Origin: an uncultured delta proteobacterium
GTDB lineage: Bacteria > Bdellovibrionota > FAC87 > UBA2466
Assembly: GCA_963778115.1 (NCBI GenBank)
Contig: CAVZSV010000005.1
Span: 320,001-384,000, forward strand
Direction: 5' to 3'
Length of the DNA stretch: 64,000 nt
Part shown: positions 10,181-20,539 of the stretch, piece by piece
Layout of the letters: each line of letters begins with the position of its first letter
How positions within the stretch are numbered: the stretch's first letter is position 1
Program-made: the position numbers and the translations under genes
Notes under the pieces: generated by a model
The model's input: the letters and a program-made list of their open reading frames with translations, nothing else
Database searches by the model: none
Told to the model about the DNA's origin: nothing

Positions 10181-11401
10181 ATGGAAAACATCTTAAATCG
10201 CTTCCGCTTGTCTCTTTTCCCGTCGCGTTGGGTCGAAAAAGCCGTGTTCCGTGTGGTTGTCGGCCTGTCTCGCTGGCTCAGAAAATCGTCATCCGATCAA
10301 TGGAAAAAGGTCGTTTTTCAGGTCGAAGGTCGGGAAGGGGTCAGCCTAGGTCAACGCGAGATCGTGGCCTATAACGCAAATAAAGAGAAACGCCTGGAGA
10401 TAGGCCACCAGAGCGGATCTCCAGGTGACGCACCTAGTTATCATTCTATCCCGATAGTTTTGCCGAATTGGGCCAAAGAGATTTCGCCTTTCTTAGCCAA
10501 TCAATTGAGTGACCATACGCGTCGAGCCTATGAGACAGATCTAAAACAGTTCTTTCGGTTCTTAGAGGGGCGAATCGATCCCTTGAATCTGTCTTCGTTG
10601 GCTCCCGAACACATCATTTTGTTTCGCAAAGCCCTAGAAGAAGGCCGCCTCACCGGCCGAGCGATGGAGAAATCGACCATTAATCGAAAATTGGCCGTAG
10701 TGAAAAGTTTTTTGAACTGGTTGAAAGCGAACCGGGTGCTTTCTGATAACCCGGCTCTACTCGTAAAAGGCTTTCCCCAGTCCCAAGAGTCTTCGCTAAA
10801 AGGACTCTCGGATTCCGAAGTCACCCGCATTTTGGACTTGCCCAGTCAAAATTCGCGATCGGGCTCCCTCCATGGCGCAATCCTCAGCTGTCTACTCTAT
10901 TTGGGGCTTCGCAAGGGAGAGCTTATCGATCTTAAGGTGGGAGACATCGATGAACAGCGCGGGGTGCCCGTCGTCAAAGTAAGGGGGAAGGGCCATCGAG
11001 TACGAATCCTACCAGTGACCGATAGGGTCAGCCGCGCGCTCAAGCATTACTTTTTCGTTTGCCAGCGTAGCTGGTCCGAAAAAGAGGAGCCGCTATTTAT
11101 TCCCACGAAAAATCCCCGCACCCATACCCTCATCAAGCCGCTCAATCCCAATGCGATTAGCTACATCGTCATTCGATATGCGCGCAAAGCAGGCATTCTT
11201 AAACAGATATCCCCCCACTCGTGTCGGGCGACCTGTATCTCGAACGCTTTAGATCGCAAGGCTACCCACCGCTCGGTACAGCACCTGGCGGGATGGTCTA
11301 CCCCACTGATGATTCAGCGATACGATAAACGCCGCGAGGATCTTAAGAATTCAGCGGCGTTCCTAATCGACTACTCTGAGGAGGCTTCGGCTTCGGGATA
11401 G
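10181..11401 (+). CDS. Xer-like tyrosine recombinase
   Basis: SAM-like domain (SDHTRRAYETDLKQF, KSTINRKLAVVKSF). Catalytic R (GLRKGE), K (RGKG), HxxR (HSCR), LAGW and Y (QRYD). Confidence 0.93.
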   Translation: MENILNRFRLSLFPSRWVEKAVFRVVVGLSRWLRKSSSDQWKKVVFQVEGREGVSLGQREIVAYNANKEKRLEIGHQSGSPGDAPSYHSIPIVLPNWAKEISPFLANQLSDHTRRAYETDLKQFFRFLEGRIDPLNLSSLAPEHIILFRKALEEGRLTGRAMEKSTINRKLAVVKSFLNWLKANRVLSDNPALLVKGFPQSQESSLKGLSDSEVTRILDLPSQNSRSGSLHGAILSCLLYLGLRKGELIDLKVGDIDEQRGVPVVKVRGKGHRVRILPVTDRVSRALKHYFFVCQRSWSEKEEPLFIPTKNPRTHTLIKPLNPNAISYIVIRYARKAGILKQISPHSCRATCISNALDRKATHRSVQHLAGWSTPLMIQRYDKRREDLKNSAAFLIDYSEEASASG

Positions 11402-11520
11402 GCCTACGCCGCGCTGCATCACCCAAGTAAACGCCCCTTACCGAAACGTTAAGGTCCCTCCATATTCTGTCCGATAAGTCTGTAGCACATCGAGATGTTA
11501 GGACATAAAGGGGCTACGGA

Positions 11521-12504
11521 ATGAAGAAAATTTTGGTTTGTGGGGCAGGTGGATTCATTGGAAATCATCTTGTGAGACGCCTTAAGAACCAAGGACACTG
11601 GGTAAGAGGAGTGGACCTGAAATATCCAACCTTCAACCCGGCGCCCATCGATGATTTTATTCAAGCCGATCTTTGCGATCAGACAAAATTCCCCAAGATC
11701 TTCGATCGCCAGTTCAACGAAGTCTACCAACTAGCCGCTGACATGGGAGGTGCGGGTTACATCTTCACTTCCGAAAACGATGCCAACATCATGTACAATT
11801 CGGCACTGGTAAATCTTAACGTCGTAAAAGCGTGTCACGCGACTAAAGTGGGCAAAGTCTTTTACTCCTCTTCTGCCTGTATCTATCCGGAGCACAATCA
11901 ACTAGACGCCGAGAACCCCAATTGCGAAGAGGCTTCGGCCTACCCCGCCAATCCCGATAGCGAATACGGCTGGGAAAAACTTTTTAGCGAACGGCTCTAT
12001 CTTAACTTTCAAAAGAATTTTCACCTGCCCGTGCGCATCGCTCGCTTCCACAACATTTTTGGACCCGAAGGGACTTGGACGGGTGGCAAAGAGAAAGCTC
12101 CCGCGGCTGTCTGCCGTAAAGTCGCAGAAGCTGTGCCGGGAGGTACCATCGAGATCTGGGGAGAAGGGACGCAAACCCGATCTTTTCTGTACATCGATGA
12201 GTGTTTGGATGGGGTCGAACGATTGATGAATGGATCTTTCTCAGGTCCGGTCAATATTGGCTCCGAAGAGATGATTTCCATTAATGATTTGGCAAAGCTC
12301 GTAATGAATATTTCAGGGAAGAAGCTGACCATAAAAAATATCCCAGGGCCCAGGGGGGTCATGGGAAGAAACTCTCACAACGAACTCATTCAAAAAAAGC
12401 TCGGGTGGGCACCTTCTAAGCCGCTACGCTTCGGCTTGGAAAAAACATACGCCTGGATTAGTTCGCAAGTGGATAGACAAAATCCCTTAAAGAAAGCAGC
12501 CTAA
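11521..12504 (+). CDS. NAD-dependent epimerase, GDP-mannose 3,5-epimerase-like
   Basis: GAGGFIG, LAADMGGAGYI, YSSSACIYP, YGWEK, GGKEKAPAAVCRK. Confidence 0.88.
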   Translation: MKKILVCGAGGFIGNHLVRRLKNQGHWVRGVDLKYPTFNPAPIDDFIQADLCDQTKFPKIFDRQFNEVYQLAADMGGAGYIFTSENDANIMYNSALVNLNVVKACHATKVGKVFYSSSACIYPEHNQLDAENPNCEEASAYPANPDSEYGWEKLFSERLYLNFQKNFHLPVRIARFHNIFGPEGTWTGGKEKAPAAVCRKVAEAVPGGTIEIWGEGTQTRSFLYIDECLDGVERLMNGSFSGPVNIGSEEMISINDLAKLVMNISGKKLTIKNIPGPRGVMGRNSHNELIQKKLGWAPSKPLRFGLEKTYAWISSQVDRQNPLKKAA

Positions 12505-12507
12505 CCC

Positions 12508-13314
12508 ATGAAACGATTCTTATTGGCTATCTCCATCGCTATGTTCTTCACCGCCTCGGCACAGGCGGAATACTTCTCGTTGCCCACGGTGCAACCTTCC
12601 ATGACCGATCCCATTTTTAGCACTCTCGCAGCGGCCTTTGCCTTTCGCCCCATGGAGACGGCGAGCGATTTAGGAGCGACTTGGGGAATTGCTGTTGGAG
12701 TCGGAGGAAGTGCGACCTCAACCTCGCTTATTTCGGGTATCTTTACAGGCCTACCCGCAAGTTACGTCCCCAATGCCGATATTCAGCTCGATATCGGTAT
12801 GCCCAAAGGGTTTACTCTCGAATTGGGAGCAATTCCCTCAATGGCCCTCGATGGGACCACCTTTTCGAAATACGAGGCGGGACTAAAGTGGACGTTGACC
12901 CGAACCCTTTTGCAAAAGCTTCCCTTCTCTCTGGCGGTCGCCGTTCAGTATGGAAAATCTTCGCTTTCCTATAATCAAGCCCTCTCAGGAGGAACCGTTG
13001 CGGTTTCTTACGGAGACTCCATGTACGGTGGCATGTTGCTAGCCAGTAAGTATTTAGGTGCTATCGGAATCGGAATTGAACCCTATGCGGGAGTAGGAAC
13101 TCTCTACCAATCGTCCTCACTCTCCGGGACGGGAACCGCATCTCTTTTTGGTTCGTCCTACCCGGTCGGGACCGATGCTATCAGTAATAGCGATGCCACT
13201 TTGTGGTTACAGGCGGGAGTGATGCTTAAGCTTGAAGTCTTAGCCATTACCGCCGAATACGACAGGTTTTTCGGCCTATCTTCCTACTCAACCAAAATTT
13301 CATTCCGATTTTAG
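12508..13314 (+). CDS. Putative outer-membrane beta-barrel protein
   Basis: Signal peptide (ASAQA), amphipathic beta strands, C-terminal ISFRF. Confidence 0.7.
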   Translation: MKRFLLAISIAMFFTASAQAEYFSLPTVQPSMTDPIFSTLAAAFAFRPMETASDLGATWGIAVGVGGSATSTSLISGIFTGLPASYVPNADIQLDIGMPKGFTLELGAIPSMALDGTTFSKYEAGLKWTLTRTLLQKLPFSLAVAVQYGKSSLSYNQALSGGTVAVSYGDSMYGGMLLASKYLGAIGIGIEPYAGVGTLYQSSSLSGTGTASLFGSSYPVGTDAISNSDATLWLQAGVMLKLEVLAITAEYDRFFGLSSYSTKISFRF

Positions 13315-13337
13315 CAGGCCGATTGAGAAAGCGTTCT

Positions 13338-14567
13338 TTATTCCGCTACCGCAGGGTGTGCTTCGCCTAAGACAAAAGAAGCGCAGCGGCGCCATATGGA
13401 GCGTTTTTCTCTCTGATCCCAGCCCAACGCCGGAGTTTCGCCCTCACGAATCGAGATGGCTCCCAGGGCCACCGCAGTCCCTGTTACCGTCATCGTCCAG
13501 GTGATCACGTTTTCGATGGGAAGATGGCAAAGCTGTGCTATCGACGCGGCAGCCCCCACTCCGGAAAGGATCCCCAAGACTCCTGTCGTTAAACGATCGA
13601 TAGCCTCATGCTGTCTAGCGGGATAGCGTTCCTTAAGCCTCAAATTGAACGTATTCACCGCCAAATCCCACGTATATTCCCGGCCTATATCCCAAAGCAA
13701 AGTGAAAAGGAACGCCTTCGGAATGGTGTCCGCGCCGTCGATAGGAATTCCTAATTTCCACATCGCCGCTATGATTACCCCCGTGATGGAGGCATTAACC
13801 AAACTCCAGATCACAAAAGCTTCCGTCTGTTTGGCCCAACCAGGGACCTTGCCATCTTCAAAGTTAAACAACTTTCGGGAAAGCTTGGACCCTAAAAGGG
13901 TGTCACGCCAGTTGGAATTCTTGAAAACGAAAGCAGCTTCAATTCCCCCCTCTAAAAGAGCCATGATGGCAAGAGAGTAACCGGGAATATCCTCACCACA
14001 GAGCAAAGTGGCTCCTACGACAAGCCCTTGATAAACCAATTGGGTCATTGCGACCGAAAAACGGTGATTCCGCTCCTTGGCGTACCACGCTTGGCCTTTA
14101 GCTTTGATTTTTGCGAGCCATCCGCGAGGAAGTTTTTGAACGGCCGAAACTATTTTAGTGCTGGGTCTGGTCGCTATAAGGTGGGAAACCACCACTTCCG
14201 CTACCGGATTGCCTTCCACCTCAGGAAACGAAGGAGTAATGACGGTCAACGTGGCATCACTAGCCATCGGGTGCTCGGTGAGCATGTGCTCAATGGCAAG
14301 ACCCGCCGTAGCGGCCACATGGGGCCCTTCGAAGGAGCCGCTACTTACTTCAATAGTAAGCGGCCCTTGGCTTCCGTCTGGAGCAGTTACCTTTTCGGGG
14401 GGGGTACTAAAAGTGACTATGGAATTAGAATCTGTCGTCGGTCCGGTAGCTCCCACAGAGAGGGCTGGCGCCGCTGCTTCTAGCAAGAGGCTAAACGTCA
14501 ACAGGTGACAAAACAGACGATGGATTTTGAGTTGGCAACGTTTCTTCATCAATTTCGAATCAAACAC
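13338..14567 (-). CDS. Hypothetical exported/membrane protein
   Basis: Long ORF with a signal-like N-terminus and hydrophobic helices. Start uncertain. Confidence 0.6.
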   Translation of the reverse strand: MFDSKLMKKRCQLKIHRLFCHLLTFSLLLEAAAPALSVGATGPTTDSNSIVTFSTPPEKVTAPDGSQGPLTIEVSSGSFEGPHVAATAGLAIEHMLTEHPMASDATLTVITPSFPEVEGNPVAEVVVSHLIATRPSTKIVSAVQKLPRGWLAKIKAKGQAWYAKERNHRFSVAMTQLVYQGLVVGATLLCGEDIPGYSLAIMALLEGGIEAAFVFKNSNWRDTLLGSKLSRKLFNFEDGKVPGWAKQTEAFVIWSLVNASITGVIIAAMWKLGIPIDGADTIPKAFLFTLLWDIGREYTWDLAVNTFNLRLKERYPARQHEAIDRLTTGVLGILSGVGAAASIAQLCHLPIENVITWTMTVTGTAVALGAISIREGETPALGWDQREKRSIWRRCASFVLGEAHPAVAE

Positions 14568-14736
14568 CTCACAAAGTCGCAGCAGGTTGCAGACGTCTTT
14601 CCTGTAAAAACCATCCCGATCGCATGCGACAAAGACGAGTTATTATCAAAGCTTTTCAAGAATTTCGACAATTCTTTTTGATTATTATTAATTTTCTTTC
14701 AGATTTTGCTTTCTCAGATCCGGGCGATGGCGCCCA

Positions 14737-17067
14737 ATGTGCCGCCTCCCTCACATTATCGACGCAATCGAACCACGATCTATCGTTATGATCGACCGAG
14801 AAAGCTCCATTGCGGTGGCTATATTAATGATGTACGTCCTATTTTTTCTCTCCGGCTTTACCTCCCTTATTTTTCAGGTGCTCTGGCTAAGGGGTTTCTC
14901 CCTCATCTTGGGAAGTACGATCTACGCCATGGCCTGTGTGGTGACAGCCTTCATGATGGGGCTGGCGGTGGGAAGCTACGGCGTTTCCCAGTTGCTAGAG
15001 CGTGTTCCTAAATCGGTAAAATGGGGACTTTGCCTCTACGGAATTGCTGAACTCATTATAGGTGTCTCTGCTGCCACCATCTCCTATTCGCTGTTTCGAA
15101 ACGCTAACGGCTATATCCGATGGCTTTCGAGCTTTACCGACGCCCAGCCGTCGTTCACCGTCTTTGTCGCTCACTTTGTTTTTGCTATCTTGCTACTTGC
15201 TATTCCGACCGTTTTTATGGGCTCCACGTTACCGCTACTGGCCACAGCCCTCTCCGATCGCAAAAAGCTTCCCCGACTCTACGGTATTAATACTATTGGA
15301 GCCGCCGTGGGTGCTCTGACTAGCAGTTTCGTCCTTATTTACTATTTCGGCTGTATCCGAAGCGCGCTCCTCGTAGGAGCAACCAACGGCTTCATTTTTA
15401 TCACAGCGCTTTTCTTACAATGGCGGCGACCTCATTGCGACCAGGGCGGCCCTTGGTTACGCGAAATACAGGCCGCGGCAATTTCGCCCAATTCCTTTGG
15501 ACCCGTCGCCCGCCACCTGCCTTGGCTCATGGCCTGCATTTCAGGTTTTTCGGTTCTAGCAGCAGAGATCTCTTGGCACCGTTACCTCTCTTTATTTCTA
15601 GGCAACCGTATCTATGTCACTAGCATCACTTTATTTTTGGTCCTCTATTTCTTGGGATTTGCCGCAAGGTTAAGTCATAGGCTCATGAGGCGGTACCCGC
15701 CTCTTGTCGTCGTGATCGTGGCCTGTGCGGTCACCATCTGTTGCTTATCGGTGGGGTTTGTCCTGGAACCCTCCGCGATGCTCTCCATCTTATCCCCACC
15801 GGGCAGCCACTCCTTGGTCCTTAAAGTAGCAGCGGTAGGGTTTATTGTGTTTGCCATTATTCTTCCGGTCACCGCTAGCGGGATCATCTTTCCCGTCGCA
15901 ATGACCCTGTGCCCCCCCAAGGAAACAAATTATGAAGCTTGGATCGGAAAGCTATACGCCGCAAACACCCTAGCTGCCATTTTAGGCTCTCTTCTTGCGG
16001 GTTATTGGCTCATAGGCACTTTGGGATCCCACGGAATTTTGGTCCTCGTATCGGCCCTTTTCTGCCTCTTACTCACGCTGCTGGTGAGGCATTGTGATCT
16101 GAAACTGCGTAAAGATTTACGCATTTTGGAAGGGGTTTGTTATTTTTGCCTATTGGCTTCGCTACCCTTCGCCTTGAATCGTCCCCAGCTCTTTGGAAAT
16201 GCAAGTACGGTCCTTGTCGAAGAGGACGCTCACGGCCTATTCACGGTCGCTAGAGTGGACGCCCAAAGGCTTCGGGTACTGCAAAATAATACCGATCTGG
16301 TGTTTCTCTACGGAGATGACATCACCCAGTTCGTTCAGGAAACGCAAGCTTACCTTCCTCTTACCTTTTCGCCCCACCTTCATTCGGTCCTCAATATTGG
16401 AGTCGGCTATGGAATTACCGCGGGGGCCATGGCCAGATTCCCGGGAGTCGAATCGGTGGATGCGGTTGAGATAGTTCCCGCGATGTTGGCCCACGCCGCA
16501 CTATTTGCCGATCGCAACTACCGCTATTTCGAAAACCCCAAGATCAAACCCTACCTCAACGACGGTAGACACTTTCTGGCCATGAGCTCACGGGTTTATG
16601 ACGTCATCTCCATTAACGTCAGCGATCCTTATCTTCCGGGTAGCGCTAGCCTGTTTAGCGACGAATTCTATGAACTGGCCAAAGCTCACCTGGCTCAAGG
16701 CGGAGTCTTTTGCCAGCACCTATTCGGACCTGATGTAGGCTCTCTTTTTCAGGGGTTAAAGCGTCACTTCACTTCAGTAAAAATCTTTCCAGCCTACCGA
16801 AACGGAATCACCGTCATTGCTTCAGATGAGCCCTTGGTTGCCCATCAAAAAAAGGCACTCGATGAAGCGGTAACGGGCAGTACTCACCTCTTTGCTAGGC
16901 TTCCGCTCACATCGGCCGACCAATTTTTAACCCTCATCGACAAAGGGGATTCTATCGTCGAAAGACTCAGTCGAACTCCCGCATCCTTCATCAATAGCGA
17001 CTCCGAACCGGAGCTAGAGTTTCGCAGACTCGATGGCATCAACAATCTACTTTTCAGTAATCATTAA
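14737..17067 (+). CDS. Fused multi-TM/spermidine-synthase-like (SAM-dependent) protein
   Basis: 'LFFLSGFTSLIFQVLWLR', 'LYGINTIGAAVG', SAM motif VLNIGVGYGIT, DGRHFL, YDVI. True start probably near MMYVLF (about 14827). Confidence 0.85.
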   Translation: MCRLPHIIDAIEPRSIVMIDRESSIAVAILMMYVLFFLSGFTSLIFQVLWLRGFSLILGSTIYAMACVVTAFMMGLAVGSYGVSQLLERVPKSVKWGLCLYGIAELIIGVSAATISYSLFRNANGYIRWLSSFTDAQPSFTVFVAHFVFAILLLAIPTVFMGSTLPLLATALSDRKKLPRLYGINTIGAAVGALTSSFVLIYYFGCIRSALLVGATNGFIFITALFLQWRRPHCDQGGPWLREIQAAAISPNSFGPVARHLPWLMACISGFSVLAAEISWHRYLSLFLGNRIYVTSITLFLVLYFLGFAARLSHRLMRRYPPLVVVIVACAVTICCLSVGFVLEPSAMLSILSPPGSHSLVLKVAAVGFIVFAIILPVTASGIIFPVAMTLCPPKETNYEAWIGKLYAANTLAAILGSLLAGYWLIGTLGSHGILVLVSALFCLLLTLLVRHCDLKLRKDLRILEGVCYFCLLASLPFALNRPQLFGNASTVLVEEDAHGLFTVARVDAQRLRVLQNNTDLVFLYGDDITQFVQETQAYLPLTFSPHLHSVLNIGVGYGITAGAMARFPGVESVDAVEIVPAMLAHAALFADRNYRYFENPKIKPYLNDGRHFLAMSSRVYDVISINVSDPYLPGSASLFSDEFYELAKAHLAQGGVFCQHLFGPDVGSLFQGLKRHFTSVKIFPAYRNGITVIASDEPLVAHQKKALDEAVTGSTHLFARLPLTSADQFLTLIDKGDSIVERLSRTPASFINSDSEPELEFRRLDGINNLLFSNH

Positions 17068-17075
17068 AAAGGTCT

Positions 17076-19604
17076 TTATCGTGCGGGGCTAGCCAGGACT
17101 CGCCCGGTCCTAGCGTTTTCGATTTCGCGCAAGAGTCTGGCGATGTTGGTGTTGGGGTAGGCTTTAACGACTTCACTTAGTCTCTGGGGGCTGGGGTCTT
17201 GAAGATACTGAGCAGTTCCATGCTCCAAAGGATAGAATTCGCGAACCTTCCCGATCCAATCCACTTTAATCGACCCATCCTCCGAGCCGTCTCCCCCAAG
17301 TTGAGTCGCCAAATGGACCGCATCACGGCTTTTGAAAAGAGTCTCCAATAGAGTAGGTTCACTCTCAAGGCGCCGACCAGGGATCTGACAGGTCACGTAA
17401 TACTCAAGTATGGGCCTATCTTCCGTGTGCAGCCGAACGTTGGGGTAGTGACTCAAAAACTCCCTCAACTGGTCGTCAGACACTAACCACCTTGACCAGA
17501 AGTAGTCGACCGAGATCGGCAACTCCGGATCGGCCTCCATTTGCGTTTTTATCCTTTGCAGCCCCTCCCACTGCTGTTTGAGCAAGTCACGCGGCCTATC
17601 GTAAGAGATGGCAAACATCTCTCTGCCGACGCCAAAGGTGGGATAGAAGAGCTGAACCTGACTAAAGACTGAAGTAAGGTTTTTTAAAATACTCAGCGTC
17701 CCTTCGTTACCAATATTGGTAGGCAACCACGTTAGCAGGATTCCATTAGGCGAGAGAAGCCGTTGCACATTGTGGAAGTGCTCGACGGTATATAATTTGG
17801 TGCTCATCTCACTACTGATGATAAAGCTATCCGAAAGGACTAAGTCATATTGCACGTCTGGTTTTTGGACGAAAGCAATGCCATCTTGATGGTAGAGGTG
17901 AATTGAGGTTTGGCTGGTTTCCAACGCCCCCGGAAAAAAACGAGCCGACACTTCAACCATCTGAGGATGTAACTCGACGATATCTAGAGCCTGAGGGTGG
18001 GCTTCGAGTAGATTTCGGGTAATCTGACCGTTTCCGTATCCGATCTGCAATACTCGAGAGTGGCTATCGATGAGGGAAGCCGCAAGCAATCCCTGTAATA
18101 TTTGAGTATTCTTTCGGACTATGTCCGTCGACCCCGAGACGTAATAAGCATTCCTAATTTCTACTTCGCCACTTTGTTTTCGAACGACCATGAGAAGTCC
18201 GTTGGCATCCTCTTGACTCATGAGAATGTGATCGCCCCGTCCAAGCATTGCAATCGAACTACGCGCGACGGTCTTACAAAGAGAGGAAGGAAAGAGACAG
18301 GCCAAAACTAAGACAAATCCCAAATTCATTATCGAAAAGGCGTTCCCCTTAAAAGAGCCCTTTCGAAAGTCACCGAATGAAAAACTAGCTCCGGCCAAAA
18401 GAACCAGGGAAAACAGAACACTTCCCTCAGTACCCATATATCTAAGAGTAACAAACGCAAAGCATAACGTTCCGGCAATGGCCGCAAAGGTTTCTGTGTA
18501 AAAGACGATGGCAAACACGCTTGCCTCTCGATTAGGATCTCGCGAGAGATTGCCTTTGTCGGAAATCCAGCGCACCAACATCGGAAACTGTAGCCCGCCC
18601 GCAAAGGAAAAGATCACGTAAAGTAAAAGAATCACACTCGCCAAAAGTTTTGATTCGATAAAGAAAGGCCACGGATTAGGTAAAAAGCAACAGAGGCCCA
18701 AAAGAAACAGGGCTCCCGTTTGCATGGCAAAAGAAAGTCTTAGAATTTGAATCGGATCTCTACCTATCTTTTTCGAATAAGCCGCTCCGGCTGATACTCC
18801 TATGAAGTAGCTAGCAAGAGTTGCTGAAATTCCCAGACGCGTTCCTCCCAATAGATAATCCAGTAGCTGGCCGTGCAGAGTTTCAACAAACATCGTTACA
18901 AAGCCCACGACGCTCACTATCCCCAAAGCCCTTAGTGGCATCGTCACTTTCGTGGAGGAAGGGGCACGAGCCGGCTTTGCCGTTGGAGGGACTAGTTTAC
19001 GAGTGATAAGAAAAAAAAGACCCACCAGGGCGTTTAACCCTACCAGAATCAAACAAATAAATTTATATCCCAAAAAGACAAAACCCATCGAACCCAACAC
19101 AACGGCCGCAAAAGCACTTCCCAAATTGTAAAACGAATAGGCCCGAGCATTCGCCTCCTCGCCCGATTGGCCTGCTATCACCACCAAAAGCCAGGGAAGA
19201 GAGGCCCCTATTAACGTGCAGGTCACTCCAGTCAATAAGAACGTACCGACAAAGCAGATTATCCAGGTCGATAGCGTTTGATTATTAGGCAAATAGTGTT
19301 GCGTGAGGAAGGGTAGATTAGCGGAAACAAAATAGGAAACCAGCGCCGATCCGGCCACCAAAAGTTCTAGATAGCCATAATAAGAAAGACTGATAGCTCT
19401 TTGACGGCTCCACTTGGAAAAACCAAACGCCCCCAGCGCAACTCCCAAAAGAACGGCTACTAGGATAGTCGCAAAAACTTGCGCGGTGCTACCAAAGAAG
19501 AAACTAAAGCGTCTTACCCAAAGCATTTCATAGCCGATGGCGGTAAACCCACCGATCTGAATGCAACGAAACAAAAGTTCGCAAGAATAGGGTTTCACCT
19601 TCAT
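17076..19604 (-). CDS. Fused multi-TM/spermidine-synthase-like (SAM-dependent) protein
   Basis: 'GFTAIGYEMLWVRR', SAM motif VLQIGYGNGQI, DIVEL, YDLVLSD, LYTVEHF. Confidence 0.85.
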   Translation of the reverse strand: MKVKPYSCELLFRCIQIGGFTAIGYEMLWVRRFSFFFGSTAQVFATILVAVLLGVALGAFGFSKWSRQRAISLSYYGYLELLVAGSALVSYFVSANLPFLTQHYLPNNQTLSTWIICFVGTFLLTGVTCTLIGASLPWLLVVIAGQSGEEANARAYSFYNLGSAFAAVVLGSMGFVFLGYKFICLILVGLNALVGLFFLITRKLVPPTAKPARAPSSTKVTMPLRALGIVSVVGFVTMFVETLHGQLLDYLLGGTRLGISATLASYFIGVSAGAAYSKKIGRDPIQILRLSFAMQTGALFLLGLCCFLPNPWPFFIESKLLASVILLLYVIFSFAGGLQFPMLVRWISDKGNLSRDPNREASVFAIVFYTETFAAIAGTLCFAFVTLRYMGTEGSVLFSLVLLAGASFSFGDFRKGSFKGNAFSIMNLGFVLVLACLFPSSLCKTVARSSIAMLGRGDHILMSQEDANGLLMVVRKQSGEVEIRNAYYVSGSTDIVRKNTQILQGLLAASLIDSHSRVLQIGYGNGQITRNLLEAHPQALDIVELHPQMVEVSARFFPGALETSQTSIHLYHQDGIAFVQKPDVQYDLVLSDSFIISSEMSTKLYTVEHFHNVQRLLSPNGILLTWLPTNIGNEGTLSILKNLTSVFSQVQLFYPTFGVGREMFAISYDRPRDLLKQQWEGLQRIKTQMEADPELPISVDYFWSRWLVSDDQLREFLSHYPNVRLHTEDRPILEYYVTCQIPGRRLESEPTLLETLFKSRDAVHLATQLGGDGSEDGSIKVDWIGKVREFYPLEHGTAQYLQDPSPQRLSEVVKAYPNTNIARLLREIENARTGRVLASPAR

Positions 19605-20518
19605 GGAGAATTGGGTTTTCCGGATAGAGTAAGTTCATTCTGCTTTGCCTCGATCTCGGAATTCAAGGTGCTTAGTAACTGCTTGTGCTGAGCCAATTCG
19701 TCTTGCATCGCTTTAATCCTTTTGCTCTCCTCAGCCTGCTGGCTCGACTCGTCTCCGACGTGAGAGGCGTAGCTATCATAGTCACTCTTAGCGGCGTCAT
19801 ATTGCCTTTGGATGTCCTCTTGCTGATCTAGTAAAGCTTGGCGATCGATCTGAGCTTGTCTGGCCAGGTTTGCCTGATGAGAGTCGCCGTCCGGATTCGA
19901 TCGGACGGCTTCTCTGTCCGCTTTTAATTGCAAAACACGTTGGTGATGTCCCTGAATTTGGGACAGTACCTGCTGGACCGCGGCACGATCTTGAAGTCGT
20001 CCTAGTGATCGTAACTGAGACAATTGGTTATTGAGATCGGCAATGGAATCATTCTCTGCTTTTATTTCGTAATTGATGGAGGCCACTTGGTTAGAGACCG
20101 CGGCGCGATCGGCACTCTGAGTCGCTTTTTGTTGTAAATTTGTGTTTCGATCTAGATTTCTAATTTGATTCGCTATGGAGTTTTGTTGATTCTTCAAGTC
20201 ATCGAGATTTCTTTTCTTTCCCGCTATGTCGATTTTTAACGAACCCAAATCGTCGGAATTGCGAAGTAGAGCCTGCTCCATTCGAAGCTTTTGATCTAAG
20301 ATCTCAACGGCACGTGCCTCCGAATTGCGTTGGACTCTGAGCTGATTTAGATCCTTTCCAATACCGGGGTCCGGGACCAGGGCTTTCTGATTTCGCTCCG
20401 CCTCAAGAAGTTGTTCCAATGCCAACTGTTTTTCTTTGTACTTAAGACTGAGTTGACGAACGTACAGATATGAACCCCCAATCAATCCTACGAACACCAG
20501 TAACAGCATCACACGCAT
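19601..20518 (-). CDS. Membrane-anchored coiled-coil protein
   Basis: N-terminal TM and Q/L-rich heptads. Its stop overlaps the start of the downstream gene (GTGA). Confidence 0.7.
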   Translation of the reverse strand: MRVMLLLVFVGLIGGSYLYVRQLSLKYKEKQLALEQLLEAERNQKALVPDPGIGKDLNQLRVQRNSEARAVEILDQKLRMEQALLRNSDDLGSLKIDIAGKKRNLDDLKNQQNSIANQIRNLDRNTNLQQKATQSADRAAVSNQVASINYEIKAENDSIADLNNQLSQLRSLGRLQDRAAVQQVLSQIQGHHQRVLQLKADREAVRSNPDGDSHQANLARQAQIDRQALLDQQEDIQRQYDAAKSDYDSYASHVGDESSQQAEESKRIKAMQDELAQHKQLLSTLNSEIEAKQNELTLSGKPNSP

Positions 20519-20539
20519 GGCTAATGGCCCCCGAGACTC

